This document shows positions 46,690-55,511 of a stretch of 64,000 nucleotides of DNA, piece by piece. Under the pieces are notes generated by a model. The model was not told the origin of the DNA, searched no databases, and saw nothing but the letters and a program-made list of their open reading frames with translations. Position 1 is the stretch's first letter; each line of letters starts with the position of its first letter. Position numbers and translations under genes: made by a program. Source of the DNA: Alphaproteobacteria bacterium (GTDB lineage: Bacteria > Pseudomonadota > Alphaproteobacteria > Rs-D84); contig JAWPOE010000008.1 of the NCBI GenBank assembly GCA_033345195.1, positions 181,048-245,047 of the forward strand, written 5' to 3'.

Positions 46690-48198
46690 ATGAGAATGAA
46701 AAATTTCTTGGTATGGATGTCAATTGTCCTGGGGGCGGTGCCGTGCGCATATGCAGACAGTTTGTTCTTTGAAGATGAGCCGGTCCAAGATGGTTTACAT
46801 GTGTTCGATGTTTCAAAAACATTTGCAGAAATTTATGAAAAATTAGACGGTATTAATTGGGCGGGCAAAAGTCTGAATGTTGCGATTGAAAGTCTGGAAA
46901 ACTTAAATCCAAATGCGCATATTGCTGCAACAGATGAACGTGTTGTCTTGGTTTGGGGCGATAATATAATTGCAAATTATCCACGACCTGAAAATAAAGA
47001 CTGGGATGGGTTTGGCGAAATTACAACTGCGCTGATATTGAAAATGCGCGCAAATGATATGGGATTGCGCAGATTGTCAGAAAGTGAAATGTATCAGGTC
47101 GTTGTTGATAGCTTGATGCGTGGTGTTGATGAAAATGGTCGCTATATATTTTCTAAAAAGGCAGAAATTGCCGAAGATGGCAGAATTTTAACCAGTGTTG
47201 GACTGGAAGGGGCACGTGATAATCGTGGTAATTTCCGTGTTACGGGTGTTTACAAAGGTGCGCCTGCAGATACCGCCGGGATTCGTGCAGGTGATTTAAT
47301 TGCACAAATTAATGGTCGTGCAGTTCCAGAAATGTCAGATGCAGAATTGGCCGCAGTGATGAGTGGTTTTAATTCTGGAACATCAAAAATAAAATTGTTA
47401 ACACCGTCTGGGAACAAGGATGTTGTTTTGCGTCGTGCGACAATTGTGTTGGCGGATGCAGACGTTGTTCATCGCAGTGACCCAGATACGGGCGGTTTGT
47501 TGGAAATTGTTGTACATGAAATTACACCAGGTGCGGTTGATATCGTGAACGAAGCGTTGGCACGTTTTCCTGATATATCTGGAATTGTGTTGGATTTGCG
47601 CGCAACAACCGGTGATGATGAACGCGCCGCGGCAAAATTTGGTGGGCTGTTTATTGGTAAAACACCGGTTATGCGTATCGTTGAAACAGCCCGTGATGAA
47701 GTAGAGGTTGTCCCAGGTGGCGATGCGGTCACAGAAGTTCCTGTGGTTGTTTTGATGTCTGATATGACGCGTGGCACGGCCGAGGCATTAGTCGCCGCTT
47801 TCTATGAAAATCAGCGTGGTGTTTTGGTTGGTACACCAACCGCAGGCAACGCACGTATCGCGTCGCGTATTGACCTGGATAATGGTGGGGCGTTGGAATT
47901 GTTGAATAAATCAATTAAGACAGGGCAGGGACGTGTTATTGATGGACGTGGCATTTTCCCGATTGTATGTCTGTCAAATATCAGAACCAGTCAGCAACAA
48001 AATGCGTTTTTCTTGAATGTTATTAATAATGACTTTAATGCCCAAGATTTAAACAAAAGAACAGATTTAAAAACGGCAGATATTCATCGGGGATGTCCGG
48101 TGATTACAAATGGTGCAGATGAAGATGCCGTTGCAACCGCGGTTTCGGTTAAAATTTTAACAGATAAAAAAGTTTATAATAAACTAATCGCAGAATGA
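46690..48198 (+). CDS. S41/CtpA-like PDZ-containing protein lacking the catalytic residues
   Basis: Signal peptide; PDZ (GAPADTAGIRAGD.I..ING); IVLDLR; TRGTAE and TAGNA where S41 has SASASE and TFGKG. Confidence 0.7.
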   Translation: MRMKNFLVWMSIVLGAVPCAYADSLFFEDEPVQDGLHVFDVSKTFAEIYEKLDGINWAGKSLNVAIESLENLNPNAHIAATDERVVLVWGDNIIANYPRPENKDWDGFGEITTALILKMRANDMGLRRLSESEMYQVVVDSLMRGVDENGRYIFSKKAEIAEDGRILTSVGLEGARDNRGNFRVTGVYKGAPADTAGIRAGDLIAQINGRAVPEMSDAELAAVMSGFNSGTSKIKLLTPSGNKDVVLRRATIVLADADVVHRSDPDTGGLLEIVVHEITPGAVDIVNEALARFPDISGIVLDLRATTGDDERAAAKFGGLFIGKTPVMRIVETARDEVEVVPGGDAVTEVPVVVLMSDMTRGTAEALVAAFYENQRGVLVGTPTAGNARIASRIDLDNGGALELLNKSIKTGQGRVIDGRGIFPIVCLSNIRTSQQQNAFFLNVINNDFNAQDLNKRTDLKTADIHRGCPVITNGADEDAVATAVSVKILTDKKVYNKLIAE

Positions 48199-48219
48199 TT
48201 ATAAAAAAGGGGTGTGGGT

Positions 48220-48900
48220 ATGTTTTTAACAACAAATAATAAAATATTATGGGGGCGTATGGCGTTGGGCGCGTTGGTGACAGCGGTCTTGGTTGCGTCT
48301 GGGGTTTTGTGGTTTGATAAGCCTGTGTTTTTGTTCTTGCGTCAATTTGATTGTGCAGCATGGCCGATATTGGGCAAGATTACAGATGGCAAGGTTTGGA
48401 TTATTGCGTCATTTATTGCGGTGTTGGTATTTTGTGCCAGAAAGTGTGTAAAGACAGATTGCGAATTTTTAATTAATAAAAAGCACAGGGGAATTTTGGC
48501 ATATTTGCGCAATTTATTTGCAAATATGCGTACAAATAATGCATTTTTGATTTTTTGCAGTGTTTTGTCTGCGGGTGTTATTGTTAAGGTGTTAAAGTGT
48601 TGTATTGGTCGTGCGCGTCCTGTGTTTTTCGAAGCGTTGGATATGACAGGATTCTTTCCGCCGTCATTAGAGTGGGCATTTAATTCCATGCCGTCGGGAC
48701 ATACAACGGTTAGTTTTGCAGGCCTGGTTATGATTGGTATGTTGGCGCCAAAGTACAAGGTGTTAACGTGGACGTTTGCGATTGTTATTGGTTTTTCACG
48801 CGTTGCAATGGGTGTACATTGGCCATCGGATGTTATATTTGGTGCCTTTATTGGTATGGTTGTTGCAGATATCGTAAAGGGAACATTGTTAAAGAAATAA
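48220..48900 (+). CDS. PAP2-family membrane phosphatase (LpxE/LpxF/undecaprenyl-PP phosphatase-like)
   Basis: K...GRARP, PSGH, SRV.MGVHWPSDV..G. Confidence 0.88.
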   Translation: MFLTTNNKILWGRMALGALVTAVLVASGVLWFDKPVFLFLRQFDCAAWPILGKITDGKVWIIASFIAVLVFCARKCVKTDCEFLINKKHRGILAYLRNLFANMRTNNAFLIFCSVLSAGVIVKVLKCCIGRARPVFFEALDMTGFFPPSLEWAFNSMPSGHTTVSFAGLVMIGMLAPKYKVLTWTFAIVIGFSRVAMGVHWPSDVIFGAFIGMVVADIVKGTLLKK

Positions 48901-48928
48901 AAAATCCGCCATTTGGCGGTTTTTTTTT
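48899..48928 (+). terminator. intrinsic terminator
   Basis: CCGCC-ATTT-GGCGG followed by a T run. Confidence 0.75.
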
Positions 48929-48957
48929 GTCATTTTTTATGATAAAATACATACGTT

Positions 48958-51213
48958 ATGGCAAAAGAATCTAAATTTTTACCACAGCGCATATCCGATG
49001 CGTTAAAGAGTTTGCTGGCCCGTGTGTTCGGGGCGGTTGTTTGTGTTTTAGGAATTTGGGCAACGTTTGCATTGCTGTTTTATAATCCGTATTTAGATGG
49101 TTTTGGCGTTGCCAGTTCGTTCGGTGACCAATCATTGATGGGGCATGTTGTTGGCATGGTGCGATATGCGGTTGGTGTGATACCGGGGCTGTTTGTGTTT
49201 TTATGTGTTGCGCGTTGTGGGGCTGCAACCGTGATTGGGTTAGATAGTGGTGATGCACCGGAATATAATTTCTTGCGTGGGTTTATTGCAGTATGCATGG
49301 GGGCGGCTGGTTTTGGATTGTTGGTGCCGTCGGCATCGTTTGGTGGTATGTTTGGCGCGATTGTGGCCAGTGATGTTAGTTCACTGATTGGTTCCTGGGC
49401 GGTGATTCCTGGGATTTTCTGTGTGTTGGGATTTTTGGTAATGGGGGGTATGCTGTTGCATGTAAAATGGGCGCATGTTCGTGGTGCGTTGCGTATGTTT
49501 GTGCGTTGGTTGCGCTGGATTGCGTCTGCGTTCCATTTGGTGCGTATCGAACAGAATGACAATGAAGAGCCTGTGGCCGAAGAAACAGATGAAGAATATG
49601 ACGAAGAAGAAGCCGAAGAAGAAGAGGAAGAAGAAAAGCCAAAGCGTGGTTTGTTGGGTAAAAAAGTTGCAAAGCCTGTCAAGGCCACGACATCGGTTGC
49701 CGCGGTTAAGATACGTAATGCGGGTGCATATGAATTGCCGGACCCGAAATTCTTGGAACGTTCTAATTTCAGTAAATGTTCTGTCACTAATGATTTGAAA
49801 CAAAACGCCAAGAATATGGAGGTGCATTTTGCACAATATGGTGTCTATGGCAAAGTGGTTGGTATTAAGCCGGGACCTGTGGTGACATTGTATGAATTTA
49901 TGCCAGACGATGGTACGCGTATGACGGACGTTAACAAGACTGTGACAGATATGGTGCGTGCAATGGCCACAGAAAATATTCGTATTGCACATATTCCGCG
50001 TACACAGTTGATTGGTGTTGAAATGGTAAATCTGAACCGTCAGACGGTACGCTATCGTGGGTTGGTTGAAAATCCGTTGTTTACAGAATCAAAGTACAAG
50101 ATTCCATTGGCGTTGGGTGTTGATATTGGTGGAAATCCAATGTATTTTGATTTGGCAAAAATGCCACATATGCTGATTGCAGGGCGTACTGGGTCTGGTA
50201 AGTCTGTATTTGTTCAGTCGTTGATTACATCGATTGTTTATCATTTTACGCCAGATAAGTGCAAGTTGATGATTATCGACCCAAAGGGTGTTGATTTCGG
50301 ATTCTGGGACGATATTCCACACTTGATTACACCGATTGTAAAGTTGGACCCAGGGGCGGCGGTGAATGCACTAAAATGGGCAGTACGGGAAATGGAAGAA
50401 CGTTATAAACAACTGCAATTATTAAATGCACGAAATATCGAAAGTTATAACGAAATGGCGGCGGAAAAACGCGCGTCTGGTGAAAAATTAACCAAACAGG
50501 TTGCCGTTGGGACAGACGAAGAAACCGGTGAATTGCTATTCGAAACCCAAGAAGTCGACTTGTCTGATATGTCATATATCGTAATTATTATTGACGAGGT
50601 TGCAGACCTGATGAGTTTGGCGCGTAAAGAGGTTGAATCATGTGTTCAACGTATCGCACAAAAGGCGCGTGCCGCCGGTATTCACCTGATTATGGCGACG
50701 CAAAGACCCGACGCGACAACAATTACCGGTGTTATCAAGGCGAATTTCCCAACACGTGTTTCGTTCCAGGCGCGCAGTCGTATCGACAGTACAACATGTC
50801 TGGGCGAAGGTGGCGCAGAAAATCTGCTTGCAATGGGTGATATGCTGTTTAGCGAGGCAGGGCGTATCCCTGTCCGTATACATGGCGCATTTATTGATGA
50901 CAGTGAATTAACACGTATTGGTAATTTCTTGCGCGCCCAGGGCGAACCAGAATATGCATCTGGCGTCACAGATGGCGAAGAGAATACGGATGCTGCACCG
51001 GCACCGTCTGCATCAGAGGTTAGGGTAGAAAAAAATGCCGATATGTATGAACAGGCCAAAGAAATCGTTGTTCGTGATAAAAAGCCAACAATTTCATATA
51101 TTCAGCGCAGGCTGGGTATCGGTTATAACAAGGCGGCCGGGTTTATAGAGCGCATGGAACAAGAAGGTGTTGTGTCTGCGCCTGACGCGAATAACAAACG
51201 CCACATTCTGTAA
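48958..51213 (+). CDS. ftsK: DNA translocase FtsK
   Basis: N-terminal TM domain, PHMLIAGRTGSGKSV, IIDEVADLM, ARAAGIHLIMATQRP, gamma domain IQRRLGIGYNKA. Confidence 0.97.
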   Translation: MAKESKFLPQRISDALKSLLARVFGAVVCVLGIWATFALLFYNPYLDGFGVASSFGDQSLMGHVVGMVRYAVGVIPGLFVFLCVARCGAATVIGLDSGDAPEYNFLRGFIAVCMGAAGFGLLVPSASFGGMFGAIVASDVSSLIGSWAVIPGIFCVLGFLVMGGMLLHVKWAHVRGALRMFVRWLRWIASAFHLVRIEQNDNEEPVAEETDEEYDEEEAEEEEEEEKPKRGLLGKKVAKPVKATTSVAAVKIRNAGAYELPDPKFLERSNFSKCSVTNDLKQNAKNMEVHFAQYGVYGKVVGIKPGPVVTLYEFMPDDGTRMTDVNKTVTDMVRAMATENIRIAHIPRTQLIGVEMVNLNRQTVRYRGLVENPLFTESKYKIPLALGVDIGGNPMYFDLAKMPHMLIAGRTGSGKSVFVQSLITSIVYHFTPDKCKLMIIDPKGVDFGFWDDIPHLITPIVKLDPGAAVNALKWAVREMEERYKQLQLLNARNIESYNEMAAEKRASGEKLTKQVAVGTDEETGELLFETQEVDLSDMSYIVIIIDEVADLMSLARKEVESCVQRIAQKARAAGIHLIMATQRPDATTITGVIKANFPTRVSFQARSRIDSTTCLGEGGAENLLAMGDMLFSEAGRIPVRIHGAFIDDSELTRIGNFLRAQGEPEYASGVTDGEENTDAAPAPSASEVRVEKNADMYEQAKEIVVRDKKPTISYIQRRLGIGYNKAAGFIERMEQEGVVSAPDANNKRHIL

Positions 51214-51318
51214 AATTAAATATAATAATTCATCTGCGCACGAACCCGAAACCTCATGTAGCGTCTGTACACTACGGTTTCGGGTTCGTGCGTATCTAAA
51301 TCATTCTATTTAATTTTT
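51211..51318 (+). repeat. fixed-geometry hairpin element, copy B1
   Basis: AAAATTAAATATAATAATT-CATCT, arm 51236-51253, TCATGTAGCGTCTGTACACTAC, arm 51276-51293, ATCT-AAATCATTCTATTTAATTTT. Confidence 0.88.
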
Positions 51319-51319
51319 C

Positions 51320-51413
51320 TAATGTTGTATCTGCTTGTGGTCGGCGCGCTCATGTAACTTCTGTACACTACGCCATTTCCAACCCGTTTATCTATACCAT
51401 TATTTTTTATTTT
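51320..51413 (+). repeat. hairpin element copy B2 (arms unpaired)
   Basis: Core TCATGTAACTTCTGTACACTAC at 51350-51371, then GCCATTTCCAACCCGTTT-ATCTATACCATTAT shared with C2 and, in part, with the A flank. Confidence 0.75.
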
Positions 51414-51496
51414 ATCCCATTGCAAGAGGGCGATTATTTTTATTTTTGTCTTTTATTCTTTTTGTTTTTATGTTAAAATTAACGGTAAGAGAGAAA

Positions 51497-53911
51497 ATGA
51501 AGCGCTTTATTCATGTTTTTTTATTAATGTTTTGCGCCATGCCAGGGTTGGCATTGGCACAGGTTGCAACCACCGCAGGCAGTAATCTTACCGCCTGGAA
51601 TGGTAATATGGGGGCAACAAATAATAATGAATGGAATCAAATGATGAATCCGCGTGGTGGCGGGGGGGCTGGTGCAAATGCGCCTGCGGCGGATTTTGGT
51701 AATTGTAATGCATTGATATTGCGCTGTGCGCAACCAAAATGTTCGGGCTGTACAACAATGGATGTGGCGCGCCCGATTGTTGCAGGTTGTGTGAACAGTA
51801 ATGCGACATGTAAAAAACATGGTGATGCATTGATTGATTATATAACGGCACAAATGGTGTCAACCGCAAATTCCAGGGCGCAAGAGGCACAAATGCAGGC
51901 CCAGGCGGCAGCTGCCCAGGCAGCAGCGGCAGAAAGCAATGCGCAAATGCAACAAATGCAAATGCAGATGCAACAGATGCAGGCGCAAATGGCGGAACAA
52001 AATCAACAGCAAATGCAACAAATGCAGGCGGCGCTGGAACAACAAAAAGCAATGACAGATGCCGCATTGGCAGAAGCTGCCGCCGCGGCGCAACAACAGG
52101 TGGCGCCGGTTGCAACATCGACATCGTCAGGTGGGACTGTGGGTGATGGATCTGTCGGTGGGGGATTGACTGCGGCACAACAACAGGCCGCCGCCGCCGG
52201 GGTTGAGGCAGATATTTTGGTTCGTGAACAGATTTCTGGGCAAATTTTAACCAAGATAGAAGATGCAGAAATTGCGTTAAAAAAACTGAATGCACAAATG
52301 CAAGAGACGTTTAGATATGCCGGTTGTGATGTGTTTGGTAATAACTGTGCCGGACCAAAGCGTGTAAAAAAATTCAAGGAAATGGCGTTGGAATATTTCC
52401 GCCCATATGATGAAGTGGTTGATAATGCGTATGAAGCATTGGAAATGGCATTGGCGGTTGGCGTTGACGTGTCTGATGTTATTATGATGTTAAGCGGTGC
52501 GTGTAATCGTTGGGGTAAATTCTTGTGCAATATGCCACAGACCAAGAATAAAGAAAATGCGCCGTATCCACGATATGATTCCACAAATTGTCGTGGCGAA
52601 AAGTCTGTAAAGGGTGCGTTGGCACGTGCCTCGGCAGGGGGCAAGACTTTTGAAACAACATTGCGTGGTGGGTTTGAATGTTCACCTGGTATGGTGGTGC
52701 CACCCCAGGACGATGTTCAGTGTACATTGGTTTCATTCGTTGGTGGCGAAGGCGAAGGTGACGAAGTCTTGCGTGAATGGTTGCTGGAAGGGGAAGAGGG
52801 TGATGGTATGACCCGTGTTGGTTGTGCGACATCTGCGCTGGATACGTTGCCGATGTTTGGTCGCCGCAGCAGTCGTCGTGATTCCAGTTCGACATTGGAT
52901 TTGGATACACTGGAACGTATCTTGGTTCAGGACGCGCCAGAGGTGGTTGGTCAAAACAGATTTATGCGTTCAAATTCGGAAACACCAGAAACGTCACGTT
53001 TGAAGTATTGTGCGATGACCCCACGCGGTTACGAAACATTGCGTGGCGTGTTAAGCAGCAAGAAATTACCGAAAAAGATTTGCGTCCCATATGATACGTT
53101 GGCGCGTTCATATGAAACCCAGGGTTCCATATCGATTGATTATAATGGTGCCAGTGGGCTGATGGCCAGTGGTGTTATGCCGGCGGATGTGAATAAGTAT
53201 ACTTGTGATAATTTTCTTACAAGTGGGAAAAATGGGGTGCCACCGGTGTGTAATGCTCGATGGGTTGGCACTGAAACAGTGGGGTCATGTCAATATAACG
53301 CAACAAATTGTGTGCTTGAATATGGTAGTGATGGTATAAAAGCTTTGCGTGAATTGTCGTTGGACGAAAAGAGGGAACGGGGCTGTCGCGCAAGCGAAAG
53401 TGGTGGCACATGGAATGCGTCTGCAAAAAAATGTGATTGTCCATCGGGTAAAAAAGTACGTGAAAATACTTCGTACCAGTGTGTCAGTGCAGAAGCTATT
53501 ACGGACGCTGATTGTAAAGCATTTGCCAAAGAAATGGGTGCTGATGATGCTAATGCCAGGGTTAATGGTGATGGTACATGCGTTGCGAAAAATTACCAAT
53601 TGATTAATTATGGTTATTGTGATGTGCGTAAATGCAATGGTGACGGCGTCAGAAAACGCAAAATATCTGAAGGTGGTTCTTATAATTATAATGTCTGCTG
53701 TTGGTGTAGCAAAGGTGCTGGTTATGCATTTAATCCAGACAGCGGTTCATGTACAGATTCCGGTGGGGGGATAGTGTCTTCGGCTGCGTTTATGAATGCT
53801 ATTGGATCAAATCCTTTTAATTTGCCATTATTAAATAATGGTACAGCTTCGAATGCTGGGGGGCTGAGCAATTTAAAATTGGGCGTTAAAACCTCGTTTG
53901 GAGACTTTTAG
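51497..53911 (+). CDS. large secreted Cys-rich protein with Q/M/A-rich coiled-coil region
   Basis: Signal peptide ending ALA-Q, many Cys, QMQQMQ tract, EGF-like Cys modules near the C-terminus. Confidence 0.8.
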   Translation: MKRFIHVFLLMFCAMPGLALAQVATTAGSNLTAWNGNMGATNNNEWNQMMNPRGGGGAGANAPAADFGNCNALILRCAQPKCSGCTTMDVARPIVAGCVNSNATCKKHGDALIDYITAQMVSTANSRAQEAQMQAQAAAAQAAAAESNAQMQQMQMQMQQMQAQMAEQNQQQMQQMQAALEQQKAMTDAALAEAAAAAQQQVAPVATSTSSGGTVGDGSVGGGLTAAQQQAAAAGVEADILVREQISGQILTKIEDAEIALKKLNAQMQETFRYAGCDVFGNNCAGPKRVKKFKEMALEYFRPYDEVVDNAYEALEMALAVGVDVSDVIMMLSGACNRWGKFLCNMPQTKNKENAPYPRYDSTNCRGEKSVKGALARASAGGKTFETTLRGGFECSPGMVVPPQDDVQCTLVSFVGGEGEGDEVLREWLLEGEEGDGMTRVGCATSALDTLPMFGRRSSRRDSSSTLDLDTLERILVQDAPEVVGQNRFMRSNSETPETSRLKYCAMTPRGYETLRGVLSSKKLPKKICVPYDTLARSYETQGSISIDYNGASGLMASGVMPADVNKYTCDNFLTSGKNGVPPVCNARWVGTETVGSCQYNATNCVLEYGSDGIKALRELSLDEKRERGCRASESGGTWNASAKKCDCPSGKKVRENTSYQCVSAEAITDADCKAFAKEMGADDANARVNGDGTCVAKNYQLINYGYCDVRKCNGDGVRKRKISEGGSYNYNVCCWCSKGAGYAFNPDSGSCTDSGGGIVSSAAFMNAIGSNPFNLPLLNNGTASNAGGLSNLKLGVKTSFGDF

Positions 53912-53916
53912 ATATA

Positions 53917-54669
53917 ATGAAAAAATTGAAAAATATTTTTATTGGATTTTTTGTGGTCTGTGCTGTGACACTGGCACCGGTGTTTGCCGCGGATAATGGT
54001 TGTGATGACCCGGACAATGATGCAATTGTGGCGGAATTGGCACTGTGTTCAACGCATGCGTATAATATTGGTGTAACACAAAATCCAACCGGCGCGGATC
54101 GGGAATTGATGCGCGAAGTTGTCGCAATGAAAACAACCCTGATTACACAACAAATGTACAAGCAATATCAACAGATGGAATCGATGTTGCGTCGATTGAA
54201 AACGCAATTGCAAAAGGCGGTATTGAATACGAAATTACAGGTCGCCGGTGCAGACAGCAGTTCGGGCGGTTCCGGTGGTTCTGGTGGACGGTTTGAATCC
54301 AGCGATAGAAATGTTTATCTGGCTGGTATAGAAAATTGTATGAATTTATATGATGATGAAAAGATATTGGAATGTTATCAAAAGAATTTGACGACATTGG
54401 TGAATTCATCAAAACAGGGCAGTGATCCAAGTCCAGAAATAAAAAAACAGTTGGCAAATGATTACACGAATTTAAAAGCTATTGTATTTGGTGGTGAAAA
54501 AAGTGCGTGTACAGAATATTCTGATGGTAGTGATGGAAAAGATTTGTGTGTAAATTCAAAAATGAAGAACAAGGAATTTAAAGATACTTGTTTGAACAGA
54601 ATGCGTACGTGCTTGCAAAATCAAACGCGTGCATATAGAAATAATCAGGCAAAGTTAAGCAAAGATTAA
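53917..54669 (+). CDS. secreted helical Cys-containing protein
   Basis: Signal peptide ending VFA; ELALCSTHAYNIG, coiled coil, GS linker, then a Cys-containing domain. Confidence 0.8.
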   Translation: MKKLKNIFIGFFVVCAVTLAPVFAADNGCDDPDNDAIVAELALCSTHAYNIGVTQNPTGADRELMREVVAMKTTLITQQMYKQYQQMESMLRRLKTQLQKAVLNTKLQVAGADSSSGGSGGSGGRFESSDRNVYLAGIENCMNLYDDEKILECYQKNLTTLVNSSKQGSDPSPEIKKQLANDYTNLKAIVFGGEKSACTEYSDGSDGKDLCVNSKMKNKEFKDTCLNRMRTCLQNQTRAYRNNQAKLSKD

Positions 54670-54761
54670 AAATCCCCTAACTGGTATTCACGGTTGTATA
54701 TCTTTGTCACTCCTGCGCAGGGGTGGCAAAGGTGAGCGGGGAACTTTTAACCCCTGGGAAC

Positions 54762-55310
54762 TTAAAAACTATATCGAAATCCAGTGCCAATAAAGTTAAA
54801 GCCGTGATTTGTTTCTGTGAAATCGCCGTTCGAAAAGTGCAGGGTGAATATTTCTGCATTAATTCGGTTGTTAAATCGATAGCCAATAAATACGCGTTCG
54901 CCAAAGACCAGACGACTGGTGACATAGTCGTCGCCACTGTCGCGCATGTATGGCCCCAGGCCCGCGCCCAGGTAAAAATCACACCATGATAAAAACGCAA
55001 TGTCCCATGATATACCAATCGCGCCAAACGAACGGCCGTCGGAACTGTCATAGGCAAAGTTTTGCAGTGCGTGTATGTTTATGCGCCCCGGCAGGCGCAA
55101 TAGATTAATCGGCTGGCTGTATTCCAGCATTATTGTGGTCATGGGTTCAATTCGCCAGTCTGCCGGCATTATCAGATGTCCCAGGTCGCCGTGGCCGGTG
55201 CTTTGTGCGATATGTATGCCGATTGAATTTTGTTTGTTGTCACCAAACATCGGGTTGGCAAATGTGTAAAATGGAAAAAGCGTCATGAAAATGTATGCAA
55301 ATTTTTTCAT
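54762..55310 (-). CDS. PagL-like lipid A 3-O-deacylase, second paralog
   Basis: Signal peptide ending TFA-NPMF; LHFSNG; YSF terminus. Similar to 568-1125 (NPFF..., YSQP..). Confidence 0.7.
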   Translation of the reverse strand: MKKFAYIFMTLFPFYTFANPMFGDNKQNSIGIHIAQSTGHGDLGHLIMPADWRIEPMTTIMLEYSQPINLLRLPGRINIHALQNFAYDSSDGRSFGAIGISWDIAFLSWCDFYLGAGLGPYMRDSGDDYVTSRLVFGERVFIGYRFNNRINAEIFTLHFSNGDFTETNHGFNFIGTGFRYSF

Positions 55311-55511
55311 AATAAGAATTATATATTTTCGTGTGTCTGTTTTGCAATTTGACAAAAAGCCTATGAAAAACAATTGTGCCGTATAAATAAACGTGTTTAC
55401 ATGACGCGAAAAAATTGATATAATTAAGTAAATAGAAGGTGTATTTTGCATGGGGCGAATATGCCGAAAGGTTGGGTTTCTGGGCGTTTCCCAGAACACA
55501 GGGAGAGTTTT

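Noticed and set aside
49080-49992. Long antisense ORFs opposite ftsK (similarly opposite secD and the 51497 gene)
   Set aside because: Shadow frames produced by codon bias in well-supported sense genes.
51211-51413. CRISPR array interpretation of the repeated TCATGTAGCGTCTGTACACTAC cores
   Set aside because: At most two cores per locus, the flanking sequences are self-complementary arms rather than spacers, and no cas genes are present.
51335-51496. N-terminal extension of the 858-aa ORF through the repeat (RPE-like in-frame insertion)
   Set aside because: The signal peptide and purine-rich RBS point to ATG 51497; the extension has no credible start.
54672-54761. TPP riboswitch or 6S RNA on the minus strand
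   Set aside because: Only short motif resemblances (AATACCAG..AGGG, TCCCAGGG). There is no CTGAGA core, it lies downstream of a gene, and it is too short for 6S.
55446-55500. c-di-GMP-I riboswitch-like GGGCGAA...GAAA...GGG upstream of the large Cys-rich gene
   Set aside because: It lacks the GACGCAAAG junction and second-stem features; only a simple hairpin (TTCTGGG/CCCAGAA) is supported.
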